A DNA stretch of 64,000 nt from an uncultured Terracidiphilus sp. (GCA_964460385.1 CAYWSR010000001.1:381-64380); one strand, 5' to 3'; positions 19,188 to 29,432 are shown, counted from the first letter of the stretch. Notes: a model not told the origin generated them from the sequence alone. Program-made: numbers and translations.

Positions 19188-19757
19188 ATGAGCCAACGAG
19201 CCATTTGCCGCATCCTCATCGTTCTTGCACTTGTCATTGCGTCTGCAACCGCCGCCGTCGCCCAATCGTCGACTCCGCGCGAGTCCTTCAAGGTGCCCCT
19301 AAGCAACGCGCCTGCCGGCGACAACTGGCAAGCCGCGCTGCGGACCTGGTCGACCTTCGGCAAGTTCGTCGTTGTCACCGTGGACCAACCGAATCGCCGG
19401 CAGTCCTGCCAACTACAGTCCTTCACACCGGACCAACTTGTTTGCTCCCGCGCCAATGGCCGTCCTCGCACGTATCTCCAGCAACAAGTCGCCGCCCTTC
19501 TCCTTCCCGGCGACCCTGGCGGGTTCGAGTTCATGTTCGCGACGGTGTTTCTGTTCCACGGTGCGTCGGGGGCAGCAGTCTGGGGAACGGTGGTGCTCGC
19601 GGCAACATGCCCGGTATGCGCGGCGGCCACAGCCTTCGCTGCCTTTGGTTATCTCATCGGCGCCGCGTTCGTTCGCGGGGAATATCAGCCGGACCGCCTC
19701 CTCTACCTCGCGCCCGGCCAGCATCTGTCGCGCAAGTTCGGCCACGTTCGGTCCTGA
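19188..19757 (+). CDS. Hypothetical exported/membrane protein
   Basis: AGGAGG RBS, signal peptide, C-terminal hydrophobic segment with CPVC. Confidence 0.6.
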   Translation: MSQRAICRILIVLALVIASATAAVAQSSTPRESFKVPLSNAPAGDNWQAALRTWSTFGKFVVVTVDQPNRRQSCQLQSFTPDQLVCSRANGRPRTYLQQQVAALLLPGDPGGFEFMFATVFLFHGASGAAVWGTVVLAATCPVCAAATAFAAFGYLIGAAFVRGEYQPDRLLYLAPGQHLSRKFGHVRS

Positions 19758-19865
19758 CTCGCCAGCAATTGCAGCATCACGGGGCAGGGGTCTAACATGG
19801 GCTTTCCTCAAAAGCGAATGTCTCACAGTCACGCCAGCGAGGTCAGGAAGGCAGCTCAATTCATC

Positions 19866-22145
19866 ATGGAAAGCAAGTCAATAAAACTCAGCCTCTGCTT
19901 GGTCGCATTGATTGCGACCCCTTTTTCGTTCACCGGTGCGCATGCGCAGTTCCCTGGGATGGCCGCGTCCAGGCACTATCCGTGGTCCGATAAGAGCCTC
20001 TCGCCCGATGCACGGGCTGACCTTGCGATCAAAGAGCTGACTCTGGACGAAAAGATCCAACTGCTCCATGGTCTGGGCTGGCAGGCGATCCTTGCGCCGC
20101 CGGAGTCCGGGCCCGCGACGCGCGCCATTGCGACCATGGGCTTCATTCCTGGCGTTCCGCGTCTCGGCATCCCCGATCTGCAAATGACAGACTCGGTGGA
20201 GGGCGTATCCGGAGCAGGCGTAAAGGGCCGGTATGCCACAGCTTTGCCTTCGGCTGAGGCGATGGCCGCGGCGTGGGATCCGGCTCTCTCCTATGAGATC
20301 GGCACGCTGCTCGGGCACGAAATGCGGGCCATGGGATTCAACATGTCGCTGGGCTCGGGCATCAACCTGATTCGCGAACCGCGCGATGGCCGCACCTTTG
20401 AATACAAGGGAGAGGATCCGCTGCTTGCCGGCACGTTGGCGGGTCAGGAACTGAAGGCCGAAAAGGCTCTCCACCTGATCACCGACGTCAAGCACTTCGC
20501 GGTCAACGACCAGGATGCGGGCCGAATCGTCGCCAACTCGATCATCGGCAAACGCGCCATGCGCGAAAGCGACCTGATGGCGTTCCAGATCGCGCTCAAG
20601 GATTCAGGAGCGGGCGCGGTGATGTGCTCCTACAACCGCATCAACGGAGTCTACGCATGCGAGAACCCATACACCCTCACGAACGTGTTGAAGCATGACT
20701 TTGGCTTCAAGGGGTTCGTGGTTTCTGACTGGGGTGGCACGCAAAGCACCGTGAAGGCAGCGATGGCCGGCCTCGACGTTGAAATGCCGGGCAACGACTC
20801 CTTTGGCGCGGCGCTGAAAAAGGCTGTCGAAGCCGGCGACGTGCCCATGGAGCGGCTCGACGATATGGTCCATCGGGTTCTGCGCACGGAGTTCGATGCA
20901 GGCATCGTTGACGACCCGCCGCAGCCGGAATCACCGGATGTGCTGCACGGATTCGAGGTCGCGCAAAAGACAGAGGAGCGGGCCGCGGTGCTCTTGAAGA
21001 ACCGTGGCAATCTGTTGCCATTGAGCCCCGCATCAGTCAAATCGATTGCCGTGATCGGCGGCCACGCCGATGCCGGCGTCATATCGGGCGGCGGATCGTC
21101 GCAGGTTTCGCCCGCGGGCGGCAACGCAGTTCCGCCTCCGCCGGAAATCGCGAGAAACCTGATGGCCAGCTTCAATGAGCTTGCGGTCTATCACCGTTCC
21201 GCGCCACTCAAGGGAATCGAGGAGAAGGCGCCGAACGCTACGGTCGAATTCGATCCCGGCACCGACCCTGCCTCCGCGGCTGCCCTTGCCAAGAAATCGC
21301 AGGTCGCGATTGTGTTCGCGGTGCAACATGCGTCGGAGGGCATGGACCTGAAGAATCTCTCCTTGCCAGACAATCAGGACGCATTGATCGAAGCTGTCGC
21401 CGCGGCCAATCCTCATACGATTGTTGTGCTCGAAACAGGCGGCGCGGTGCTGATGCCCTGGATCGACAAAGTCGATGGAGTGCTTGAAGCCTGGTATCCG
21501 GGAATTCGCGGTTCTCAGGCAATCGCGTGCCTTCTGTTTGGCGATACGAACCCGTCCGGGAAGCTTCCGCTGACATTTCCCAGGAGCGAAGCCGATCTGC
21601 CGCACCCGATTCATGTCGGCCCACCCAAGGCGGACGCGGACCACCCCGTGCCAAGGCTCGCCGGCGTTCCGGGGCTGGTCGGAATGTTCATGGGAATCGG
21701 CCCGTCCTTCGATGTGCATTACGACGAAGGACTGAAGGTCGGTTACAAGTGGTATGACTCGGAGAAGAAGCCCGTTCTCTTTCCGTTTGGATTCGGCCTC
21801 TCGTATACGACGTATGCCTATTCCGGTCTCACCGTTCAACCAGGCGATTCAACCACCGTCTCGTTCACGGTGAAGAATACCGGCAAATATGCGGGCTCAG
21901 AGATTGCGCAAATCTATGCGTCTCTCCCCGATTCAGCCGGAGAACCGCCAAAGCGCCTTGTCGGTTTTGCGCGGGTAGAACTGAAGCCTGGCGAGTCGAA
22001 ACAAGTGTCGGTTCCGATCAGCCGTGACATGCTCACAATCTTCGACGAGGCTTCGGAATCGTGGAAACTCGTTCCAGGAAACTACGTCATTCGAGTCGGA
22101 AACTCATCGCGCGACCTTCCGCTGCAACAGGCAATATCGTTCTGA
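19866..22145 (+). CDS. GH3 beta-glucosidase with Fn3-like domain
   Basis: GRTFEYKGEDP, KHFAVN, VMCSYN, GFVVSDWG, NPSGKLPLTFP, FPFGFGLSYT. Confidence 0.93.
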   Translation: MESKSIKLSLCLVALIATPFSFTGAHAQFPGMAASRHYPWSDKSLSPDARADLAIKELTLDEKIQLLHGLGWQAILAPPESGPATRAIATMGFIPGVPRLGIPDLQMTDSVEGVSGAGVKGRYATALPSAEAMAAAWDPALSYEIGTLLGHEMRAMGFNMSLGSGINLIREPRDGRTFEYKGEDPLLAGTLAGQELKAEKALHLITDVKHFAVNDQDAGRIVANSIIGKRAMRESDLMAFQIALKDSGAGAVMCSYNRINGVYACENPYTLTNVLKHDFGFKGFVVSDWGGTQSTVKAAMAGLDVEMPGNDSFGAALKKAVEAGDVPMERLDDMVHRVLRTEFDAGIVDDPPQPESPDVLHGFEVAQKTEERAAVLLKNRGNLLPLSPASVKSIAVIGGHADAGVISGGGSSQVSPAGGNAVPPPPEIARNLMASFNELAVYHRSAPLKGIEEKAPNATVEFDPGTDPASAAALAKKSQVAIVFAVQHASEGMDLKNLSLPDNQDALIEAVAAANPHTIVVLETGGAVLMPWIDKVDGVLEAWYPGIRGSQAIACLLFGDTNPSGKLPLTFPRSEADLPHPIHVGPPKADADHPVPRLAGVPGLVGMFMGIGPSFDVHYDEGLKVGYKWYDSEKKPVLFPFGFGLSYTTYAYSGLTVQPGDSTTVSFTVKNTGKYAGSEIAQIYASLPDSAGEPPKRLVGFARVELKPGESKQVSVPISRDMLTIFDEASESWKLVPGNYVIRVGNSSRDLPLQQAISF

Positions 22146-22162
22146 GGGCGGGTACTCATCAG

Positions 22163-22759
22163 ATGACACAGATAAAGCCGAGTTTGTGGCACTGCCTTTG
22201 GGGAGTTCCTTTCTTCCTGATCGGAGTCGGATTCTTTGTCTACACGCTGTTCCAGGGGCTCACGCACGCGACAGATTCCCTGACGCAGATTGTGGTTCCG
22301 GGCAGCGCGGAACTCAACCTGCGGCCGGGGCTGTATACCGTGTTCCTCGAAGAAGAAACGACTGTGAACGGCAAAATCTACTCCACAACGCAATCGGTTG
22401 CGGGGCTGACATGTCGCGTCAATTCGGTTCAAAACGGCGCCGCAATTTCGATCGGGAGACCGGGCGGAAACACCACATACTCGGTCAATGGACGGTCTGG
22501 ACATTCAGTCCTCGAGTTTTCAATCCAGCAAAACGGACGATATTCGTTCGCATGCGACTACGGCGATAGTCCCAGGGGCGCCGACGTGGTTGTGGCTGTT
22601 GGGTCCGGAGTTGGCGAAGCCATCACGCGAACGGTGTTTGTTGGACTGGCGTCCTTCTTCGGGGGTATATTTGCCGGCCTGATTCCCCTTGCCATGGTTT
22701 TGACAATTCGTCAGCGCGAGAAGAAACGGCTTGTTCAATCGGGGCAGGCGCTGAGCTAG
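22163..22759 (+). CDS. Hypothetical membrane protein
   Basis: N- and C-terminal TM segments flanking a beta-rich domain. Confidence 0.6.
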   Translation: MTQIKPSLWHCLWGVPFFLIGVGFFVYTLFQGLTHATDSLTQIVVPGSAELNLRPGLYTVFLEEETTVNGKIYSTTQSVAGLTCRVNSVQNGAAISIGRPGGNTTYSVNGRSGHSVLEFSIQQNGRYSFACDYGDSPRGADVVVAVGSGVGEAITRTVFVGLASFFGGIFAGLIPLAMVLTIRQREKKRLVQSGQALS

Positions 22760-22778
22760 GCAGCGACCGATCGGGCGT

Positions 22779-23654
22779 TTGCCATTTCTAGCCGCGCAGT
22801 GCAAAGACCGGCGAACTGCCGAATTTTTGTTGACACACCCGCCGGCGCCCTGCGACGCTCCAGCAAACACCAAATCAAATTGGAGTTCCCGAGTGGAGAA
22901 GGTCGCACGCTGGAAGTGGCATGTCCGTGGGAACTGGAGCCCACGCGAAGATAGAATCCCGTCAGCGGTCTGGCTCGGCGTTCTTTGGGTAGGAATGCTT
23001 CTCGGCTTTGGCTTCGATGCCAGCAGGTTTCTGGCGCAGCACCCACCCTTGCTCCTGCATCTGCACGCCGCAACCTTCACCATCTGGATGTTCCTGCTCA
23101 CCGCGCAAGTGCTGCTGGTGGTGCGCGACCGTGTACCCCTGCACCGCCAGCTGGGATGGTTTCTCGCCGCATGGGCCTGCCTCATGGGCGCGATGGGACC
23201 GGTAGGGGTCTACACATCCGTCATGATGCAGGTCAAGGCGGCGCATGGCCCCATCCCCTACCCATTTATCTCCGTTCACGTCGTCGACATCGGCGGCTTC
23301 CTGGTTCTGCTTGCGATCGGCATTGCCCTGCGCAAAAACCCCGCCGCTCACAAGCGGATGATGATTCTCTCCACCGTCGCCCTCGCCGATCCCGGCTTCA
23401 ACCGCTTCATTGGCTACTTTTATCCGAATGATTCTCCCACAATCTTCCTCTATTTCCTTTACGTCTTTTACGGGAATATTCTGCTCGTCGCGTTGATGCT
23501 TGGTTGGGACATCTATCGCGGCCGTCTCATTCGCTCCCACGTCATCGCCTCAATCTCCCTGCTCACGTGCATGTACGTTGCCTCAGTCCTTTACTACTGG
23601 AAACCATGGCAGGACCTGACGCTGCGGTGGGTAACTGCGTGGGCGAAGTCATGA
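22779..23654 (+). CDS. Multi-pass membrane protein
   Basis: LHLHAA..LHRQLGW..AHKRMMIL His-containing TM pattern; start uncertain. Confidence 0.7.
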   Translation: MPFLAAQCKDRRTAEFLLTHPPAPCDAPANTKSNWSSRVEKVARWKWHVRGNWSPREDRIPSAVWLGVLWVGMLLGFGFDASRFLAQHPPLLLHLHAATFTIWMFLLTAQVLLVVRDRVPLHRQLGWFLAAWACLMGAMGPVGVYTSVMMQVKAAHGPIPYPFISVHVVDIGGFLVLLAIGIALRKNPAAHKRMMILSTVALADPGFNRFIGYFYPNDSPTIFLYFLYVFYGNILLVALMLGWDIYRGRLIRSHVIASISLLTCMYVASVLYYWKPWQDLTLRWVTAWAKS

Positions 23655-23788
23655 ACGCGCGCCGCACATTAGAGACGCAGTCACAGTCGTTGGCTGAGGC
23701 TGCGCAGAGGGCAGAGGGGCGCGCGGCCAGAACGCATCGATCGCGAAACCGATAGAATCCTCGTACGGCGTGTTCGCGGAGCATTCTC

Positions 23789-24622
23789 ATGTCGATTGAC
23801 GGTCCGGGCATTCTCGAGAGCGACCTCGGCCACGATGTTTACAACGAGATTCTCGATCTCTACGACGCCGGAGTTCCAATCGACGAGTTGCGAACCCGAA
23901 TAGCCACTTACAACGATCCAACCTCTACGGACCTGGACAAAGAGATTTATCTCGCGGCCGCAGCCAAGGCATATTGGGAGATTGGGGAGCTTCCTGAAGC
24001 GCTCCTTGTCGAGCTAACCCAGCTGGTTCAAAGCGGCAAAAGCCTCGAAGAATGGGCGCAGAGTGGTGACAAGGCCCTTGCTCGGTCCCGAAGCATTGCT
24101 CTTAAGAGATTGCTTCTCCAGGTTTCGGTGCCGCGGCCCAAGCCGAGGCCCCGCAAGAAGTACTCGAAGGTTCAGGCCAAACTTTACTCGTTTGGCGACT
24201 GCCTGGAACTGATCACGCGCGAAAAGGCCTATCGGGCTGTCGTTTGCGCCATCCTGGAGTACAGGGGCGAGTGCGACTACGCGGTCTTGGTCATGGGACC
24301 AGAGACTCTTTCAAATCTTGAATCTTTCAAGTCGGGATACTATTGGGGACATCTGATTCAGTCGAGTTTCGACAAGCGAGGCTATGTATTCGGTCCGCAT
24401 GTTATCCGCCTCGAACATCGAATGCTTCTCCGCGAAAACAACCCATTCAAAACGCTTGGGCACGTCAATTTGGATGAATCGGTGTATGGATTAGGCAGCT
24501 ATGGCGGCGTTCTCACCATGCAACATGTTGTCGAGGACTTCGAGCGTACTGAAACCAAATCAACCTTGTTTGGACACAAGTTGCTGCCCTTTCGCGAATT
24601 GCTCAAGAGTCCAGGATTCTGA
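23789..24622 (+). CDS. Hypothetical protein (DUF4259-like N-terminus)
   Basis: MSIDGPGILESDLGHDVY resembles the GxWGxGxxxxD N-terminus; atypical codon usage. Confidence 0.55.
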   Translation: MSIDGPGILESDLGHDVYNEILDLYDAGVPIDELRTRIATYNDPTSTDLDKEIYLAAAAKAYWEIGELPEALLVELTQLVQSGKSLEEWAQSGDKALARSRSIALKRLLLQVSVPRPKPRPRKKYSKVQAKLYSFGDCLELITREKAYRAVVCAILEYRGECDYAVLVMGPETLSNLESFKSGYYWGHLIQSSFDKRGYVFGPHVIRLEHRMLLRENNPFKTLGHVNLDESVYGLGSYGGVLTMQHVVEDFERTETKSTLFGHKLLPFRELLKSPGF

Positions 24623-24670
24623 CCAAGCCCCCACTCCACGCGGCTTCCGCCAATCGACTATGCTCGTAGG

Positions 24671-25771
24671 GTGGGATTCGGGGATTTTTACGGCAATGCG
24701 GAGACGGTAAGGCACCTGCGCGAGAGCATTCGCGCGGAGCGGTTTCCTCATTCGCTCATCCTGGCCGGGCCGAAGGGCGCGGGCAAGTATACGCTGGCGC
24801 TGATGCTGGCGCGGGCGGTGAACTGTCTGCGACAACCTGAAACAGACGGCCTGCCGAATTTCTGCGGCGAGTGCACGAACTGCGTGAGGATTGGCGAGTC
24901 GGTTGCGCTGGAAACGCGTGTGGCCGAGGCAGTGGAAGCGCGCGAGGATCTTCGCGAGGCCGACAAAAAAGAGACGCGGATTTTTATTCAGACGCATCCG
25001 GATGTGCTGATTGTTCCGCCGGACCCGCCGCAACTGCTCATCAAATTAGGCCAGGTGCGGCAGGTGATCCACAACGCCTACTACCGGCCGCCGGTCGAAG
25101 CCCGCCGCAGCGTGACAGTGTTTACCTCGTCGGCCTTCATGAAAGAGGCGGCTAACTCGCTCCTCAAAGTCCTCGAAGAGCCGCCAGAGCATCTGACGCT
25201 GATCATCCTCACCGAGAATCCGCAGGAGATGCTGCCGACCATCCGGTCTCGTGCCGTGATTCACCGGTTAGGCGCACTCGCCGCACAGGAGATTGAACAG
25301 CTACTGACGGATCGGCGGCCGGAGTTGAAGGCCGCGGAGCGGGCACTTGCTGCGCGGCTGAGCGAGGGAGCGGTGGGACGCGCGCTGACGATGGATCTGG
25401 GCGCATATGTCGAGAGCCGGCAGGTTGGTCTGGTGCTGCTGAAGAGCGCGTTGCAGGAGCCGGACTACACGGCGCTGTTCAAGGCGACAGAAACCTATCG
25501 CGCTGGCGCGGACGGGCAGGAAAAGACCGTGAAGCTGCTCCGAGCTCTGGGGAGCCTGCTCGAAGACCTGATGCTGATCGTGGCGGGGGCTCCGCAACTG
25601 ATCAGAAACCTGGACATGCAGGCCGAACTCGAACGGCTGGCGCAGGGGCTGACCATGGACTGGATTGACGGGGCGGCGCGGGGGCTCGCGCAGGTGGAAT
25701 CGGGGATGCGGCGGAATCTGCTGCGTTCGCTGTCGCTGGACGCGATGGCGGTGGGGCTGGAGCGGGAGTAA
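24671..25771 (+). CDS. holB: DNA polymerase III delta-prime subunit
   Basis: HSLILAGPKGAGK, CGECTNC, HPDV, AANSLLKVLEEPP, LPTIRSR. Confidence 0.92.
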   Translation: MGFGDFYGNAETVRHLRESIRAERFPHSLILAGPKGAGKYTLALMLARAVNCLRQPETDGLPNFCGECTNCVRIGESVALETRVAEAVEAREDLREADKKETRIFIQTHPDVLIVPPDPPQLLIKLGQVRQVIHNAYYRPPVEARRSVTVFTSSAFMKEAANSLLKVLEEPPEHLTLIILTENPQEMLPTIRSRAVIHRLGALAAQEIEQLLTDRRPELKAAERALAARLSEGAVGRALTMDLGAYVESRQVGLVLLKSALQEPDYTALFKATETYRAGADGQEKTVKLLRALGSLLEDLMLIVAGAPQLIRNLDMQAELERLAQGLTMDWIDGAARGLAQVESGMRRNLLRSLSLDAMAVGLERE

Positions 25772-26158
25772 GAACAGCTACGAGTCGCTACCTGCTAGCT
25801 TGAAGCAGACCGTCTGGCGCGGGTTGAGCAACGACTGAGCGGCCGATTTGAGTCAGGCAGTTGCTGATGGCCCGAGGTCGGCGGGCGGTTTCCCGGATTT
25901 TTTGCGGTACAGACTCTTGAGCGCTGGGAGATCTGCTCGCAATCTGTGACCTCTTGCGAGCATCTTTTCGAGTACAATCGTGCCAGCAACCCAGAGGATT
26001 CCGAACCAGGGAAGGCCGAGCGCGCCTCGGAGCAGGTTTCTCTTCAAACCGCGCCTGGCTGGCTGCCGCCAAGGCCAACAAAAAAAAGCACAAAGGGGCG
26101 GGAGTTGAGGACGTTCTTCATTTTGTAAGGCGTTTCTGACTTTTTGAGGAGATCTTGA

Positions 26159-26521
26159 ATGAGTATTTCCCCAACTTTGCCGGCAGTATCTAATCAGAGC
26201 CCCGTTCAGCCGGAGCCCAGCGTCGGGAGCCGCCTGCGGGGCGCGCGCAAGGGCCCTGTTGGCCTGGGTACGCCGTTAGCCCACTACACCCAGGCGCATT
26301 TCGCGGCCGACGGCAGCATGCAACGGCAGGCGGAGCTGTTCTATCTGCAGAAACAGATTCATGCGCAGACGCCGATGGTGATTGTGCTGGAGGATGGGGA
26401 GCGCTTGGAGGGCTGCATCGAGTGGTACGACCTGAACTCGATCAAGGTGCGGGGGCGGGTAAAGGGCCTGGTGTACAAGAGCGCAATCAAGTACATGTAC
26501 AAGGTGGGAGAAGGCGGCTAA
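26159..26521 (+). CDS. Hfq-like (Sm-fold) RNA chaperone
   Basis: FYLQKQI..TPMVIVLEDGERLEGCIEWYD..LVYKSAIKY resembles Hfq Sm1/Sm2. Confidence 0.75.
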   Translation: MSISPTLPAVSNQSPVQPEPSVGSRLRGARKGPVGLGTPLAHYTQAHFAADGSMQRQAELFYLQKQIHAQTPMVIVLEDGERLEGCIEWYDLNSIKVRGRVKGLVYKSAIKYMYKVGEGG

Positions 26522-26631
26522 TCGCAGCGCTCGCTGCTTGACGTGCCCTTGATCCGAGTCCGGGATCGAAAATGCTCTTGAGAGCACACTCAATTCCATA
26601 ATTTGCCATTGGGAGATCGGCCGGTCCGCCG

Positions 26632-27678
26632 CTATGCGGATCTGGCGGCTTTGAAGAGACGGTCGCGGATGGCGACGCCGATTCCCTCGGGCGGGGGAAC
26701 CGGGCAGAGGATGATGGTGCAGCCCTGGGAGTCCAGTGAGTGCAGGCCGGCGTAGAGCGAGCGGGCCAGGTCTTCGAGAGCGGCCCATCGACCCCAGGAA
26801 AAGCAGACTGCACCGTGCGGCGCGGCGACTCCTGCAGGCAGCATGACCCCGATCCGTTCGCCCTCGAGCAGGCGGGCGGCGGCGGCGAGCCGGCGGCCGA
26901 GCTCGCCGAGCGGGGCGTCGACCAGAACGAGCGGCGCCGCGGGCGCATAGTGGCGGAGACCGACTCCGGGCGCGGGCAGCGCTTCAGGGGGAGTTTCGGC
27001 GGCATCGCGGCTTGGTTTGTATTGCACAACCGGGCCGGCTACGGCCCGGATCTGGTCTGCGGTGATTGCGCCAGGACGGTAGATCATCATGGGCGACTGG
27101 GTGGGGTCGAGGACAGTGGATTCGAGGCCGTGGTGGGCGGGGCCGGCATCGAGGACGGCGTCGATGCGGCCGTTGAGATCGCGGAGAACGTGTTCGGCTG
27201 TGGTTGGACTGGTGTGGCCGAAGAGGTTGGCGCTGGGCGCGGCGATCGGTAAGCCGGACTGGCGGATGAGCGCGAGCGCTACTGGATGGGCGGGCATGCG
27301 AAGACCAACGAGGGGGCGGCCGGCTGTGATCTCGTCGGGGACGGAGAAGCTGCGGGGCAGGAGCAAGGTGAGGGGGCCGGGCCAGAAAGCGTGCATCAGG
27401 CTGTACGCGGCAGGGGGGATGGAGGAGGTGAGTGCCTCGGCCATGACCACAGTGGAGACGTGGACAATCACCGGATCCCAGGAGGGGCGTTTCTTGGCGG
27501 CAAAGATGCGGGCGACGGCGTCGCGGTCGAGAGCATGGGCGCCGAGGCCGTAGACCGTTTCTGTGGGCAGAGCGACGAGGCCGCCGGACACAAGAATGCG
27601 GCCGGCGCGGTCCAATGCCTCGAGTGCCGCAGGGGTATGAAGGTAATCGGGGTCAACGGTCAGCCGCAGCGTCTTCAC
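26632..27678 (-). CDS. tsaC: L-threonylcarbamoyladenylate synthase (Sua5 type)
   Basis: VALPTETVYGLGA, AKKRP, FWPGPLT, AAPSAN, GLESTV, PG..RHYAP plus SUA5 domain. Confidence 0.93.
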   Translation of the reverse strand: MKTLRLTVDPDYLHTPAALEALDRAGRILVSGGLVALPTETVYGLGAHALDRDAVARIFAAKKRPSWDPVIVHVSTVVMAEALTSSIPPAAYSLMHAFWPGPLTLLLPRSFSVPDEITAGRPLVGLRMPAHPVALALIRQSGLPIAAPSANLFGHTSPTTAEHVLRDLNGRIDAVLDAGPAHHGLESTVLDPTQSPMMIYRPGAITADQIRAVAGPVVQYKPSRDAAETPPEALPAPGVGLRHYAPAAPLVLVDAPLGELGRRLAAAARLLEGERIGVMLPAGVAAPHGAVCFSWGRWAALEDLARSLYAGLHSLDSQGCTIILCPVPPPEGIGVAIRDRLFKAARSA

Positions 27679-27885
27679 GGAGTCTATTGTCTGCTTTTGG
27701 CGGGGTGGGCCGCCAGTGGGGTACTGCATACGGCAAACGCCGCTTCGCGCCAGGGCCCTCAGGCACTGGCTGGGCGCCAATTCAAGGCGCCCTTCGCGGC
27801 ACTGCGCGGGCAGGCAGCCATCGGGTGCACCTGGCGGCTGTTGATTGGGGCTCAAAACAAGGCGGATTCATCCCACAAAAGATGT

Positions 27886-27901
27886 TGTGACAATAATCAC
27901 T
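27886..27901. promoter_or_regulatory. CRP/FNR-family-like site
   Basis: TGTGA-CAATAA-TCACT, 9/10 match to TGTGA-N6-TCACA. Confidence 0.45.
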
Positions 27902-27960
27902 CGGATGTGCTACTGTTCTCCTCGGAATTCACACAACTGTAACGAAGTACTGGGGAAACC

Positions 27961-28134
27961 ATGAAGCCACTAACCTGGCGTGAGTGGATGCTGTGCTGTT
28001 GGGTTGTTCCTGTGGCTTTGGTGGGAGCGATCTTCTCTCATTTCAAGGAGCATTGGGAAAACCGGCATCTGCCGCTGAAGGATTCGCGGGAGAGCCACCA
28101 GGCTGACCTGAGCACGAAGCACAGCCGGGTGTAG
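27961..28134 (+). CDS. 57-aa putative small membrane protein (not in ORF track)
   Basis: MKPLTWREWMLCCWVVPVALVGAIFSHFKEHW...; GGGGA RBS; single TM. Confidence 0.45.
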   Translation: MKPLTWREWMLCCWVVPVALVGAIFSHFKEHWENRHLPLKDSRESHQADLSTKHSRV

Positions 28135-28242
28135 ATCCGAACCAGCCTCTTTCGGCGAGAGAAATCGGAGCAATGGCCCGGGACGGCAGAGGCGGCGGGT
28201 AGGGCGGATTCCGCGGCAGGTGCCGTATACTCGGGTTCTGCC

Positions 28243-28821
28243 ATGCCCGTCGAGACCGAGATCAAGTTTCGCGTTGATGACCTTGCCGGGCTGAGTGCGC
28301 GCCTTGGGGCGGCGGGGTTTCAGGTGCAGACACCGCGGTCTTTTGAGAGCAACGTGCTCTACGACACGCCGGAACGGCAGTTGCGGGCGAAGACGGAGAT
28401 TCTTCGCATTCGGCGGTACGCCGGGCACACCCTGCTAACCCACAAGCGGCTGCCGGATGTCGGGCCGGGCGAAGACACACACAAGCACAGGATCGAGACA
28501 GAGACCGAAGTGGGCGACGGCGAGGCGCTGGCGCAAGTGTTTCTGTCGCTGGGATTGAGGCCGGCGTTCCGGTATGAGAAGTGGCGGACAGAATGGCACG
28601 GGGGCGAGGGCCACTGCGTGGTGGACGAGACGCCGATTGGGATCTTTGCGGAACTGGAGGGGCCGGCTGAGTGGATTGACCTGGCGGCAGCCAAGCTGGC
28701 TGTGGATCCATCGCAGTACATCACGCTGAGCTACGGGCGGCTGTTTGATCTTTGGCGGGCGGAGCACGGTTCGGCGGCACAGGATTTGACGTTCGAGGCG
28801 GTGGGGAAAGACAGCCTCTAG
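28243..28821 (+). CDS. CYTH domain / class IV adenylate cyclase-like protein
   Basis: ETEIKF (ExExK), LRIRR, RIETET, YEKWR, FAELEG. Confidence 0.9.
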   Translation: MPVETEIKFRVDDLAGLSARLGAAGFQVQTPRSFESNVLYDTPERQLRAKTEILRIRRYAGHTLLTHKRLPDVGPGEDTHKHRIETETEVGDGEALAQVFLSLGLRPAFRYEKWRTEWHGGEGHCVVDETPIGIFAELEGPAEWIDLAAAKLAVDPSQYITLSYGRLFDLWRAEHGSAAQDLTFEAVGKDSL

Positions 28822-29018
28822 CCACTAGCTTCTAGTTGCCAGCTCATTGCCGGCACAGGGGGGAGGATGGGGCCGGGGCTAGCGGCGGGGGCTAGAAGCT
28901 TGTGGCTAGAGGCTGGGCGGGGAGTTCCCCAGGGTAATCAGAATCTAAAAAACTGCTAATGAAGGAGAGCCGAGAGCCGATGAGGCCCTTGTGCGCAGTT
29001 TAACGTGCGGGAGGGCTT

Positions 29019-29204
29019 ATGAGGACTATCCAATCGAAATGGACCAGTGGAAAATTCCAGTCGAAGTGGACCAAGCGGAGATATGGGCGGTTGGGTCGCG
29101 CGTGGTCGCAGGCAGCGGAAGATGCAGTATCGAAGTGGAAATTCGCTTCCGGATCCTCTCCGTCCACTGAGGAAGTTGACGTGACCTTCGCGCCTGGCCA
29201 GTAG
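29019..29204 (+). pseudogene. Degenerate TonB C-terminal domain remnant
   Basis: QAAEDAVSKWKF...TEEVDVTF resembles the TonB_C end; upstream part is scrambled. Confidence 0.4.
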
Positions 29205-29432
29205 CTCAGGGCATATCCACCTGAGCAGCGGCGCCCGCAATGCCCGAGCCGCTACATTGAGGGCGCCTTGGGTGCCACGGACCTTGTGCGGACCCTTGAT
29301 CGAGGGTCGACCCGGGCCAAGGTGTTGCCTTTTCCGAGTACCCTGCCCCGTTCGTTGTATTCGTGGTAGAAAACGAACGGCTCTTGCAAGGTAAACTTGG
29401 AGTTGGCCCCCTGGCCAGGAATCCCTTCTTTT

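Noticed and set aside
28080-28140. GGGAGAG...GAAG as a possible glycine riboswitch
   Set aside because: Could not fold the conserved aptamer; it overlaps a plausible small ORF and the downstream gene is unrelated.
29019-29150. Three TCGAA(A/G)TGGA repeats as a possible mini-CRISPR or iteron set
   Set aside because: Repeats are only 10 nt with irregular spacing and there are no cas or rep genes; better explained as a decayed TonB-like fragment.
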